From Vulcanimicrobiota bacterium (GTDB lineage: Bacteria; Vulcanimicrobiota; Xenobia; Xenobiales; JADMJV01): a stretch of DNA of 64,000 nt. The stretch spans positions 1,064,008-1,128,007 of the forward strand of contig JBFWNU010000001.1 in NCBI GenBank assembly GCA_050250895.1. Reading direction: 5' to 3'. The first letter of the stretch is position 1. Each line of letters starts with the position of its first letter. The translations under genes were made by a program, and so were the position numbers. Of this stretch, positions 39,098 to 48,347 are shown piece after piece. The notes under the pieces are model-generated. The model saw only the letters and a list, made by a program, of their open reading frames with translations, was not told where the DNA came from and did no database searches.

Positions 39098-40608
39098 ACG
39101 ACTGGCCCGTCCTGAGCGTCATCACGCTGCTGCCCTTGCTGGCAGCCACTCTGATTATGCTCTTGCCCGAGAAGGCCGAGCAAGCCGTGCGAGCGCTGGC
39201 CCTGGGCAGCACCGGCCTGGCCGGTCTGTTCTCGGTCTGGCTCTTCGTCGACTACAGCCACGCCCCCACGGCCGGCTTCACCTATATCGAAGAGATGGCC
39301 TGGTTGCCCCGTCTGGGTATCAGCTACAAACTGGGCGCCGACGGCCTTTCGGTGCCGATGATTTTGCTCACCGGCATCATCGGCTTCACGGCCATGCTGA
39401 TGTCGGGCGACCCCCAGCGGACCCGGCAAAGGGAGTACTACGCTCTGGCCCTGGCGGCCATCAGCGGAGTCTACGGTGTTTTTTGCTCGCTGGACCTGTT
39501 CTTCTTTGTCCTGTTCTATGAACTGGCCTCGATTCCGATGTTCTTTCTGGTCGGTATCTGGGGCTCCGACAAGAGCGGCGATGGCCGCAACATCAACCGC
39601 CAGGCAGCGGCCATGAAACTGCTGCTCTATCTTCAGTTGGGAGGCGGATTGGTCTTGCTGGGCATCCTGGGCCTCTATTTCGGCTCGGGGGCTGACACCT
39701 TCGATTTTACCAAGATCGCCGAAGCCAGCTTTAGCGCCGGTTGGCAGAAGTTTTTGTTCTTCCTACTTTTCCTGGGCTTTGGTATCGAAGCCGGCCTGGT
39801 GCCGTTCCACACCTGGCTGCCCGACGGTCACTCGAGCGCCCCCACGGCTCTGTCGATGCTGCTGGCCGGTGTGCTGCTCAAGATGGGCGGTTACGGTATT
39901 TTGCGCCTGGGAGTCCAGTTGTTACCCGAGGGCACCCAGCACTGGATGCACGTCTTCGTAGTCATGGCCGTGGTCAACATCCTCTACGGCGGCCTGTGCG
40001 CCTTGCGCCAGACCGACGTCAAGGTGATGATCGCCTATTCGAGCGTCAGCCACATGGGAATGGTCTTTCTGGGGGTGGCCTGCGTCAACTCGGTGGGCCA
40101 GGCCCACGTGCTCTATGGCCTGAGCGGAGCCGTCTTCCAGATGTTCTCCCACGGCATCATCACGGCGCTGCTATTCGCCCTGGCCGGCACCATCTACGAG
40201 ATCACGCACGTGCGCAATCTCAAGAGCTGGGGCGGTCTGGCCGTGCAGATGCCATTCTTCGCGTGTCTTTACGTGTTCGCGGCCATGGCCTCGCTCGGGC
40301 TGCCGGGGATGACCGGCTTTGTAGCCGAGTTGATGGTCTTGATCGGCATCTGGCAGTTCAACCCGACCATCGCCTGCTTTGCCATTCTGGGTCTGGTCAT
40401 CACCACCACCTATCTGCTGCGCTCGGTTCAGTTCGGCTTCTATGGCCCACTCAACCCCAAGCACACCGAGGCTCGTGACGCCAACCTGCGGGAACAGGTG
40501 GCGACCTTAACGCTGGCGGCCACGACCCTCTTCTTTGGTCTGTTGCCCGGCGTGATGGTGGCCGTGATGAATCCCACTCTACTCGAAATTTCGAAGGGCT
40601 ACATCTGA
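39094..40608 (+). CDS. nuoM: NADH-quinone oxidoreductase subunit M
   Basis: PFHTWLPDGH, LLKMGGYG, IAYSSVSHMG, SLGLPG. GTG at 39094 overlaps the nuoL stop; SD GGAGG. Confidence 0.95.
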   Translation: MNDWPVLSVITLLPLLAATLIMLLPEKAEQAVRALALGSTGLAGLFSVWLFVDYSHAPTAGFTYIEEMAWLPRLGISYKLGADGLSVPMILLTGIIGFTAMLMSGDPQRTRQREYYALALAAISGVYGVFCSLDLFFFVLFYELASIPMFFLVGIWGSDKSGDGRNINRQAAAMKLLLYLQLGGGLVLLGILGLYFGSGADTFDFTKIAEASFSAGWQKFLFFLLFLGFGIEAGLVPFHTWLPDGHSSAPTALSMLLAGVLLKMGGYGILRLGVQLLPEGTQHWMHVFVVMAVVNILYGGLCALRQTDVKVMIAYSSVSHMGMVFLGVACVNSVGQAHVLYGLSGAVFQMFSHGIITALLFALAGTIYEITHVRNLKSWGGLAVQMPFFACLYVFAAMASLGLPGMTGFVAELMVLIGIWQFNPTIACFAILGLVITTTYLLRSVQFGFYGPLNPKHTEARDANLREQVATLTLAATTLFFGLLPGVMVAVMNPTLLEISKGYI

Positions 40609-42080
40609 TGTCGATCGAGACCGCCAGCACCCTGGTAGCTCTCTCGCCCGATCTCGTGGTGACGGTGGGAGCGGTGCTGGTTTTGCTCACCGACCTGTTC
40701 CAACCGAAGTCGCATCGCTCTTGCCAGGGTCTGACCGCCGCCTGCCTGCTGGTGGGGTTGATCTGCTCGATCATGTTAGGCCAATCACAGCTCGGCCCGA
40801 TGCACCCCTGGGCCGCCCGGGTGCTCGTGGTAGACTCGATGACCGCCGCTTGCAAAGGGCTCATCTGCCTTTTGGCTTTGCTGGTGGTGATGGTCTCGTA
40901 CCGCTCGTTTGACGAAGAAGAGCGCCATCCGGGTGAGTACTACACGATGATTCTCTTCGTCACCCTGGGCATGTTGGTGGTAGCTGCCAGCAACGAGTTC
41001 CTCACTTTCTTCGTGGCCTTCGAGCTACTCTCGATCCCGCTCTACATGCTGGTTGGCTTTCGCCGTTACGAAGTGACCTCGGCCGAGGCCGGCCTGAAGT
41101 ATTTTTTGACCGGAGCCGCTTCCTCGGCGATCCTGCTGTTCGGCATCAGCTGGATCTATGGAGCCACCGCCACCACCCAGTTCAATCAACTGGCTCAGGG
41201 GGTCAAACCCGGAACTCTGAGCCTTTTCCTGCTGGGTCTGGTGTTCGTGCTGGTAGCCCTGGGTTTTAAGATTTCGGCTGCCCCCTTTCACATGTGGGCG
41301 CCCGACGCTTATCAAGGCGGACCCACCCCGGTCGTAGCCCTGCTCTCGACCGCGCCCAAAGCCGCCATGCTGGTCTTCATTCTGAGGCTGTTTGCCAACA
41401 ACCTCAATGGCCTACCCGAGAAGTACGGCCCCGAGCTAATGTACCTGTTCGCGGCCCTGGCCACGCTATCAGTGGTGGTCGGCAATCTAGTGGCCCTGCC
41501 GCAGAGCGACCTGCGCCGCCTGCTGGCCTATTCTGGGGTGGCCCAGATCGGCTACATCCTCATCGGCGTCATGAGTTCGGTCGGCAACCCGAGCGAGGGA
41601 ATGGGAGCCGGCTCGGTGCTTTTCTATCTGGTGGTTTACACCCTGACCAACGTGGGCCTTTGGACCGTTGTCCAGCTGATCGGTTCGCAGACCAATTCCT
41701 ACGCCATCGCCGACCTGGCCGGCCTGTCCCGCCGCAATCCCTTCCTGGCTCTGGTGCTGCTATTCGGCCTGCTGTCGCTAGCCGGAGCCCCGCCCTTTAG
41801 CGGATTCGTCGGCAAGGTCTACCTGTTCCGTGCGGCTTTCTCTATCGAGCCGATGGTGGTCGTGGTCGGGGTGCTGGGGTCGGTCATCTCGCTGTATTAC
41901 TACTTTGGCATCCTAAAACTCGTCTATTTCGACCAGCCCGAAGAGGGCGAGGTGCTGGCCGTGGCTCCCGTGCAAAAGCTGGTGCTGAGCCTGTGCCTGG
42001 CCTCGACGGTGGTGCTCGGACTGTGGCCCACCCTGGCCGAGCACTGCTATCAAATCGCCGAAGGCAGCCTGGGACTATGA
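40608..42080 (+). CDS. nuoN: NADH-quinone oxidoreductase subunit N
   Basis: EAGLKYF, FKISAAPFHMWAPDAYQGGPTP, LAYSG, SLAGAPP. Confidence 0.95.
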   Translation: MSIETASTLVALSPDLVVTVGAVLVLLTDLFQPKSHRSCQGLTAACLLVGLICSIMLGQSQLGPMHPWAARVLVVDSMTAACKGLICLLALLVVMVSYRSFDEEERHPGEYYTMILFVTLGMLVVAASNEFLTFFVAFELLSIPLYMLVGFRRYEVTSAEAGLKYFLTGAASSAILLFGISWIYGATATTQFNQLAQGVKPGTLSLFLLGLVFVLVALGFKISAAPFHMWAPDAYQGGPTPVVALLSTAPKAAMLVFILRLFANNLNGLPEKYGPELMYLFAALATLSVVVGNLVALPQSDLRRLLAYSGVAQIGYILIGVMSSVGNPSEGMGAGSVLFYLVVYTLTNVGLWTVVQLIGSQTNSYAIADLAGLSRRNPFLALVLLFGLLSLAGAPPFSGFVGKVYLFRAAFSIEPMVVVVGVLGSVISLYYYFGILKLVYFDQPEEGEVLAVAPVQKLVLSLCLASTVVLGLWPTLAEHCYQIAEGSLGL

Positions 42081-42418
42081 GCGAAGAGGAAAAACTGCTA
42101 CCTCAAGAACTGGTCATCACTCGCCTGCTCAACCAGCGCATGGTCGAAGAAGACTGTCTGCGCCCCGGCGACCGCGAGTCGGTCGCCTATCGCATCGCCG
42201 AGCTCATGATAGCTGCCAAGGAACTGTACACCCGCTCGCTACCCCGTCTGACCGAAAAACAAGCAGATGGCGAGTCGATGTTCGCCGAGTTGGCCGGCTT
42301 GAGAATGGTCTTCCTGCACCTCCGCGACCTGGTGGGTGACTTCGAGGACTCCTTCATGGAAGCCATCGTCCACCAGCGGGAAGAAGACGAAGACGCCGGC
42401 GAAGCCACCGACGAATAA
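42077..42418 (+). CDS. Small acidic hypothetical protein coupled to nuoN
   Basis: ATGA overlap with the nuoN stop; helical, acidic 113-aa ORF. Confidence 0.65.
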   Translation: MSEEEKLLPQELVITRLLNQRMVEEDCLRPGDRESVAYRIAELMIAAKELYTRSLPRLTEKQADGESMFAELAGLRMVFLHLRDLVGDFEDSFMEAIVHQREEDEDAGEATDE

Positions 42419-42426
42419 CCTCGAAT

Positions 42427-43119
42427 CTAGTCTTCGACGCGTTGGAGTTCTTGAAGGATGACGTTGCTGGTGTGATAGGTCATCAGCCCGATGCGGGGTG
42501 AAGAGATGGTTTCGATCTCCATTCTGACCACAAACCCGCTCTCGGGGGCGAAATGAATTAGGCCGCTACCGGCCATAACCACTTTAGCAGCCCCTTGACC
42601 GCCAGGTAGCGGAAAGTCGAACTCTAGCTCTTCGGTAACCACCTCAATGACCACACAGTCGAAGCCGTTGACCGTCTCGGCGCCCTCGACCGTATACGTG
42701 TTCTTGCAGAGCACCGGGTCGGGACGGTTGGGAATGGGAATCTGGCTGCTACCCTCCCAGCTCGAGCCCTGGGCGACCGGCATCTCGGGAAAGGAATAAG
42801 AGTTGGTGGGGTTGGCCCCCGTCGACTCGAGCACTCGCCCGGCCGAGGAGATTTCTTGGTAGACCAATTGGCGAGGGGTGCCGGGAGGGGGCGGGGGCTC
42901 TTTGGGATCCGTCAGACTGACCACATGGCCGTGCCCGCTTTGATCGCAGTACACAGTCCGCTGGATCAGATCGGCCACGAAGACCATCTCTTGTTCGCGG
43001 AGGACCGTGCCTTCTTGCATGATCTCCGTACTCACTGTGGTGGTCAGCTTATAGTGAAGTCTACGGTCGGTCTTGAACCGGAGCTTAAGCTCGATACCTT
43101 TTTCGATGTCAATCGCCAA
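42427..43119 (-). CDS. Hypothetical beta-rich protein (DUF6263-like pattern)
   Basis: SD GGAGG with TTG start; FPEMPVAQGSSW and GSGLIHFAPESG segments resemble DUF6263-type proteins (tentative). Confidence 0.6.
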   Translation of the reverse strand: MAIDIEKGIELKLRFKTDRRLHYKLTTTVSTEIMQEGTVLREQEMVFVADLIQRTVYCDQSGHGHVVSLTDPKEPPPPPGTPRQLVYQEISSAGRVLESTGANPTNSYSFPEMPVAQGSSWEGSSQIPIPNRPDPVLCKNTYTVEGAETVNGFDCVVIEVVTEELEFDFPLPGGQGAAKVVMAGSGLIHFAPESGFVVRMEIETISSPRIGLMTYHTSNVILQELQRVED

Positions 43120-43209
43120 AGCTTCCTCCCTGGTCGCCTCTTGGCTTTCTAGGGTGTGAGAATCGTTCCTTCCTCGCGGCTTATTCGCTCCCAGGGCGGA
43201 ACCGGGGTC

Positions 43210-43743
43210 ATGGGTGTGGAAACAACCAGGGTGCGAAAGACGATGCCCGCTTCGGTCCTGCTGGTGGCGATGACCATCGTCCTCGGCTTGAGCGATTTAG
43301 GCTACCTCAGGGTTTCGGGGTTTGGGGGCGCTATCACCATAGTGCACGTCCCCGTGATCCTGGCCGCTATTTTGGACGGTCCCCTGGTCGGGGGTCTGGT
43401 AGGCCTGGTTTTTGGCACCCTCACCCTGCTCAAGTTCGAACCCCACGACCCGTTCCTGCATCTGGTTCCGCGCATCCTGCTCGGGGTGGTGGCCGGACTG
43501 GTCTTCCAATTCGTGCGCGAAGCGATGGACGGAGGCGCCCGCACCAGTCTGGCGGCCGCGGCTGCGGCCGTAGCCGGAAGCCTCACCAATACCCTGGGGG
43601 TGGCCGCCATCGCGGTCACCCGGGGTCACTATCGAATCGACGAACTCGGTTCGATGGTGCTGCTTCACGGAGTCATCGAATTGGCCATCGCCCTGGTCTT
43701 GATCGTGCCCTCGGCCGTCTGGTTGACCCTCCAGAGGGACTAG
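43210..43743 (+). CDS. ECF transporter S component, probably pantothenate (PanT-like)
   Basis: ITIVHVPVILAAILDGP..GGLVGLVFG, LVPRIL, GSLTNT; directly upstream of coaX. Confidence 0.8.
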   Translation: MGVETTRVRKTMPASVLLVAMTIVLGLSDLGYLRVSGFGGAITIVHVPVILAAILDGPLVGGLVGLVFGTLTLLKFEPHDPFLHLVPRILLGVVAGLVFQFVREAMDGGARTSLAAAAAAVAGSLTNTLGVAAIAVTRGHYRIDELGSMVLLHGVIELAIALVLIVPSAVWLTLQRD

Positions 43744-43769
43744 GGCCCCCTGGGCGAACCGGGTCTTCC

Positions 43770-44540
43770 ATGGCCAAGATGCTCGCCCTGGATGTCGGCA
43801 ATACCAACCTGGTCGTCGGCCTCTACGACAATGACCACCTGCTTCAATCCTTCCGCCTTTTCACCGATCGCACCCGGACCGTAGACGAGTACGGCGTGCT
43901 GCTCAAGAAAATGCTGCTCGACCACGAGCACGACCCGCGCGAAGTCGAAGGAGTTTGCGTTTCCAACGTGGTCCCCATTCTGACCGATCGCATCGAACAG
44001 GTTTGCCGCAAATACCTGCGCCTCGAGCCTCTCTTCGTGAGGGCCCACCTGGATCTGGGCTTGACCGTCGTGGTGGAGCGGCCCGAGGAGGTCGGGGCCG
44101 ATCTACTGGCGGCCATGGTGGCGGCCCGCCAGCGTTTCGGTGCTCCCGTGGCCGTGGCCGATCTCGGTACGGCCACGACGATCTCGTTTCTGACCGATGA
44201 CGGCTGCTTTCGCGGGGTCATCATTGCTCCTGGCCTCGAAATCTCGATGGAGGCCGTGCTGTCCCGGGCTCCTCACTTGCCTCCCTTCCGACTCGAGGCC
44301 CCCCCTCAGGCTCACGGCACCAACACCATCCACTGCCTCCAATCGGGGCTACTATTAGGCCACGCCTGCATGATCGACGGATTGGTCGAACGGGTCGAGC
44401 AAGAGTTGGGCCCCACCCAACTGGTGGCCACCGGCGGTCTGGCCCCCCTGGTCGGCACCGTTTCGCGCCGCATCACCACCGTGGAACCCAACCTGATCCT
44501 GGAAGGTATTCGCCAGATCTGGACCCGCAACCGAGCCTGA
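43770..44540 (+). CDS. coaX: Type III pantothenate kinase
   Basis: LALDVGNTN, SNVVP, VGADL, DLGTATT, ATGGLA. Confidence 0.93.
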   Translation: MAKMLALDVGNTNLVVGLYDNDHLLQSFRLFTDRTRTVDEYGVLLKKMLLDHEHDPREVEGVCVSNVVPILTDRIEQVCRKYLRLEPLFVRAHLDLGLTVVVERPEEVGADLLAAMVAARQRFGAPVAVADLGTATTISFLTDDGCFRGVIIAPGLEISMEAVLSRAPHLPPFRLEAPPQAHGTNTIHCLQSGLLLGHACMIDGLVERVEQELGPTQLVATGGLAPLVGTVSRRITTVEPNLILEGIRQIWTRNRA

Positions 44541-44613
44541 GTCCCGAGCCGTCGGTGGTTGAAGGAAGGCCTATTCATTTGTCGAAGGCGCGGTTGCTTT
44601 TAGCGGGTATTTC

Positions 44614-45885
44614 ATGACCGTAGACATCCAGAACAAAGCTGCCACCGACGAGATCCACGAAGTCAGCCGCCTTTATCGGGACTATCTCAATCCCGATCTG
44701 GCTCGCCTGATCAAGTTCAGTGGCCTGGGCACCATCGAAGAGCGCGCCAGCGGCTCGCTGGTCTATGACTACAAAGGTCGCGACTATCTCGACTTTTCTG
44801 GCGGCTACGGCGTTTTTTCGCTGGGCCACAGCCATCCCAGGGTGGTGGCGGCTGTCCAAGAGCAACTCGAGGCCATGGCCCTGAGCCCGCGCGTTTTCCT
44901 CAATCGCCAGCAAGCTCGCCTGGCGGAGCGTCTGGCCCAACTCAGCCCCGGCAAGCTGCAGTACTCGTTTTTTTGCAACAGCGGCACCGAAGGGGTCGAG
45001 GGGGCCCTCAAATTGGCCCGGGCCGCCACCGGCCGCAGCCATTTTGTTTCGGCCACCAACTCTTATCACGGCAAGACCATGGGCAGCCTGTCGGTCTCGG
45101 GTCGAGACAATTACAAGGCTCCCTTCGAGCCGCTCGTGCCCGGCACCAGACAGGTTCCGTGGGGCGATCTCGAGGCCCTTGATTTGGCCCTCGACCAGGA
45201 CGTGGCTGCGGTCATTCTCGAGCCGGTCCAGGGCGAAGGCGGCATCCATCTACCCCCGGACGGCTATTTGCAAGGCGCTGCCGACCGGGCTCGCCGCCAC
45301 GGGGCTTTGTTCATTGCCGACGAGGTCCAGAGCGGTCTGGGCCGCACCGGCAGACTGTTCGCCGTCGAGCACTGGGGGGTCGAGCCCGACATCATGGTGC
45401 TGGCCAAAGCCCTGGGCGGAGGCGTCATGCCCATCGGCGCCTATCTGGCCACGCCTGAGGTGGCGGCGGCCTACCGAGGCAAGCCGCTGCTCCACACCAG
45501 CACCTTTGGTGGCAACCCGCTGGCCTGCGCGGCCGCTCTGGCGACCCTGGAGGTGCTGGTCGAGGAACAGCTCTCCCAGCGCGCGGCTGAGGCTGGGCAG
45601 GCCATTATGGCGTCCCTGACCCGCCTGCAAAAAGAATTTCCCAACCTCATCAAGGAGGTCCGTGGTCTGGGCCTGATGATCGGGCTGGAATTGCTCGAAG
45701 ACCGGTTTGGAGGCTCGATCATCTCCGAGATGGCCAAGCGGCGGGTGGTGGCTGTCTACACCTTGAATCAACCTCGAGTTATCCGGTTTGAACCCCCCCT
45801 CAACGTGGAACATGGGGAAATCGACCGAGCTATGCAAGCCTTGCAAGAAGCCATGGTCGAGACGGCCAGACGGATGGGCGGCTAA
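44614..45885 (+). CDS. Class-III PLP aminotransferase (putrescine/omega-aminotransferase-like)
   Basis: YLDFSGGYG, NSGTEGVEGALK, YHGKT, EPVQGEGG, DEVQSGLGRTG, PLP lysine in LAKALGGG, TSTFGGNPLAC. Confidence 0.92.
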   Translation: MTVDIQNKAATDEIHEVSRLYRDYLNPDLARLIKFSGLGTIEERASGSLVYDYKGRDYLDFSGGYGVFSLGHSHPRVVAAVQEQLEAMALSPRVFLNRQQARLAERLAQLSPGKLQYSFFCNSGTEGVEGALKLARAATGRSHFVSATNSYHGKTMGSLSVSGRDNYKAPFEPLVPGTRQVPWGDLEALDLALDQDVAAVILEPVQGEGGIHLPPDGYLQGAADRARRHGALFIADEVQSGLGRTGRLFAVEHWGVEPDIMVLAKALGGGVMPIGAYLATPEVAAAYRGKPLLHTSTFGGNPLACAAALATLEVLVEEQLSQRAAEAGQAIMASLTRLQKEFPNLIKEVRGLGLMIGLELLEDRFGGSIISEMAKRRVVAVYTLNQPRVIRFEPPLNVEHGEIDRAMQALQEAMVETARRMGG

Positions 45886-45895
45886 AGGAGACAAC

Positions 45896-46342
45896 ATGCC
45901 TTACGTCGAGAAAAGCATCATTATCGCGGGCGACCTCGAGACCGTGTACGAGCTGGCCAAGGACATGGAAAGCTATCCCCGCTTCATGCCAGATGTCGAG
46001 AGCGTCAAAGTCGTTTCTCGCACCTCGAACGAGACCATCACCGAGTGGGTCACCAACGTTGACGGCACTCCCTTTCTCTGGACCGAGAAAGATTCGTTCG
46101 ACGACCTGAACCATCGCATCACCTATTGCCTGATTGAAGGCGACCTGGAGAAGTTTGAGGGCGCCTGGTCTTTCGCTCGCATCGACGACGGAGGCACCCA
46201 GGTCACGCTGGCCGTCGACTACGACTTCGGGCTGCCCGAGCTGACCGAGCTGATCGGTCCCACCTTGCATGAAAAGGTCGGGGAGAACTCCGAGATGATG
46301 CTGCAGGGAATGAAGCGTCATGTGGAGGGCAGTTCCACGTGA
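45896..46342 (+). CDS. SRPBCC/START-fold (polyketide cyclase/lipid-binding) protein
   Basis: DMESYPRFMPDVESVKV, GDLEKFEGAWSF; SD AAGGAG. Confidence 0.85.
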   Translation: MPYVEKSIIIAGDLETVYELAKDMESYPRFMPDVESVKVVSRTSNETITEWVTNVDGTPFLWTEKDSFDDLNHRITYCLIEGDLEKFEGAWSFARIDDGGTQVTLAVDYDFGLPELTELIGPTLHEKVGENSEMMLQGMKRHVEGSST

Positions 46343-47433
46343 ACCGTTTCGGTTTCTTGCTGCACCCCCTGGGGATGCAAGACGTGGTGCGGTATGCACC
46401 CAAAGCCGCTGGCAAGCGCGAACCGCTGGTCCGTAAGCTATTGGAGTGGATGCCGCCCTACGAGGCGTCCAACATCGACGGGGTTCGTTCGCAGCGCGGG
46501 ATCGATATCACCGGCAAGTTCGTGATGGTGCCCCTCCTGCCAGCTCAGTTTATCGACATGCCACGAAAGGCGGTGCTCGAGCGAGTCAAAAAGGCCGCTC
46601 TGCTGGCTCAAAAACTGGGCGCGCAGATGGTAGGTCTGGGTGGCTACAACTCGGTGGTTGGTGGGGCCGGCAAAGAAGTGGCCGACCTGTTGGATGTGGC
46701 CGTCACCAGTGGCAACTCCTATACGGTTGCCACCGCTCTCGAAGGCGCTCTGGCCGCCGCCCAGGCCCTGGATGTCGATATGGCCAAGGCCACCGTGGCC
46801 GTAGTTGGTGCCACCGGCTCCATCGGTAGCGTTTGTGCCCGCCTACTGGCCCGCCACGTGCCCCGCCTGGTTTTGATGGCCCGCAGCAAGTCACGGCTCA
46901 AAGTACTGGCCGAACAGATTCACAGCGAAAGCCGCACCGCTCTAGCCATCGAAATGGACCTGGCGCGAGCCCTCGAGAGTGCTGACGTGGTCATCACGGC
47001 CACCTCTTCCGGAGGCGGTATCATCCAGGCCAAGCACCTCATGCCGGGGGCCATCGTCTGTGACGTGGCCGTGCCCCACGACGTGTGCCGCGAGGTTGCC
47101 AAGCTGCGTCCGGACGTGCTGGTGATTGAAGGCGGAGTAGTGCAGGTTCCCGGCAACCCGCAATTTAATTTCGACTTCGGCTATCCACCCGGGGTGGCCC
47201 TGGCCTGCATGGCCGAGACGATGGTGCTGACCATGGAGAACCGGTTTGAAGATTTCAGCATCGGCCGCGGCCTCGACTTCGACAAAGTCGACGAAATCGA
47301 GCGTCTGGCCCAACGCAACGGCTTTCGCCTGGCCGGTTTTCGCGCCTTTGACCAACCGATTACCACCGAACGCATCGAGGAGGTGCGGGCCCTGCGCGAA
47401 GAGCAACGTCGGGGCCTGAAAGTAATCGGGTGA
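46339..47433 (+). CDS. Fatty acyl-ACP/CoA reductase homologue (aldehyde-forming, AAR-like; often mislabelled shikimate dehydrogenase)
   Basis: Colinear with cyanobacterial AAR motifs: FGFLLH, GLGGYNSVV, TSGNSYT, ATVAVVGATGSIG, EGGVV, catalytic ACMAE, FSIGR, GF near the C-terminus. Confidence 0.8.
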   Translation: MNRFGFLLHPLGMQDVVRYAPKAAGKREPLVRKLLEWMPPYEASNIDGVRSQRGIDITGKFVMVPLLPAQFIDMPRKAVLERVKKAALLAQKLGAQMVGLGGYNSVVGGAGKEVADLLDVAVTSGNSYTVATALEGALAAAQALDVDMAKATVAVVGATGSIGSVCARLLARHVPRLVLMARSKSRLKVLAEQIHSESRTALAIEMDLARALESADVVITATSSGGGIIQAKHLMPGAIVCDVAVPHDVCREVAKLRPDVLVIEGGVVQVPGNPQFNFDFGYPPGVALACMAETMVLTMENRFEDFSIGRGLDFDKVDEIERLAQRNGFRLAGFRAFDQPITTERIEEVRALREEQRRGLKVIG

Positions 47434-48338
47434 AGCACGTCGTCAGCGTAAGTCTTGGCTCGAACAAAAGAGACCACACAGCCGAGACCGAATTTCTGGG
47501 GCATACCTTTCGCTTCGAGCGCCGAGGCACCAACGGCCAGTTCAAAAAGGCGGTGGCCCTGTTGCAGGAACTCGACGGCAAGGTCGACGCCATCGGCCTG
47601 GGCGGGATCGATGTCTATCTCTGCAGCCGCAATCAGCGGTACGCTCTGCGCGACGGTTTGCGCCTGATGGAGACCGTCAAACAGACCCCGGTGGTCGACG
47701 GCTCGGGCCTCAAGAACACCCTCGAACGCGAGACCATTCGCTTTCTCGAGCGAGATGGGCGCATCCAACTCAAAGACCGCCATGTGCTGATGGTGTGTGC
47801 CATGGATCGTTTCGGTATGGCCGAGGCGCTCGAGGCCGCCGGCGCCAAAGTCACCTATGGCGACCTCATCTTCACGCTGGGGGTGGATAAGCCCATTCGC
47901 AGCCTCGACGAACTCGAAGAACGAGCCGAGAAACTGTTGCCCGAGGTGTGCAAACTGCCCATCAGCATGGTTTATCCCATCGGCCAAAAGCAAGAGATCA
48001 TCGCCCCCGACGAGTCTACTTCGCGCTACTACCACGAAGCCGACATCATCGCTGGCGACTTTCACCTGATCCGCAAGAAAATGCCCGACTCTCTCGAGGG
48101 CAAAACCATCATCACCAATACCGTTACCGAGAAAGACGTCAAAGAACTGGTCAAGCGCAAGGTCAAATGGCTGGTGACCACCACCCCGGCCATCGACAAC
48201 CGCAGTTACGGGACCAACGTGCTCGAGGCCGCCATGGTTGCCCTGATCGGCAAGCCCTGGCAAGAGACCCTGCCCGAGGACTACCTCAAGCTCATCCGCG
48301 AAGCGGACCTTCGGCCCCGAATCCAGCAACTCAACTAG
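47430..48338 (+). CDS. Conserved uncharacterised protein (family commonly auto-annotated 'quinate 5-dehydrogenase')
   Basis: VVSVSLGS..RDH, DGKVDAIGLGG, PVVDGSGLKNTLE, DRFGMAEAL, TNT, RSYGTNVLEA. GTGA overlap with the upstream gene. Confidence 0.75.
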   Translation: MKHVVSVSLGSNKRDHTAETEFLGHTFRFERRGTNGQFKKAVALLQELDGKVDAIGLGGIDVYLCSRNQRYALRDGLRLMETVKQTPVVDGSGLKNTLERETIRFLERDGRIQLKDRHVLMVCAMDRFGMAEALEAAGAKVTYGDLIFTLGVDKPIRSLDELEERAEKLLPEVCKLPISMVYPIGQKQEIIAPDESTSRYYHEADIIAGDFHLIRKKMPDSLEGKTIITNTVTEKDVKELVKRKVKWLVTTTPAIDNRSYGTNVLEAAMVALIGKPWQETLPEDYLKLIREADLRPRIQQLN

Positions 48339-48347
48339 GAGCAACCC

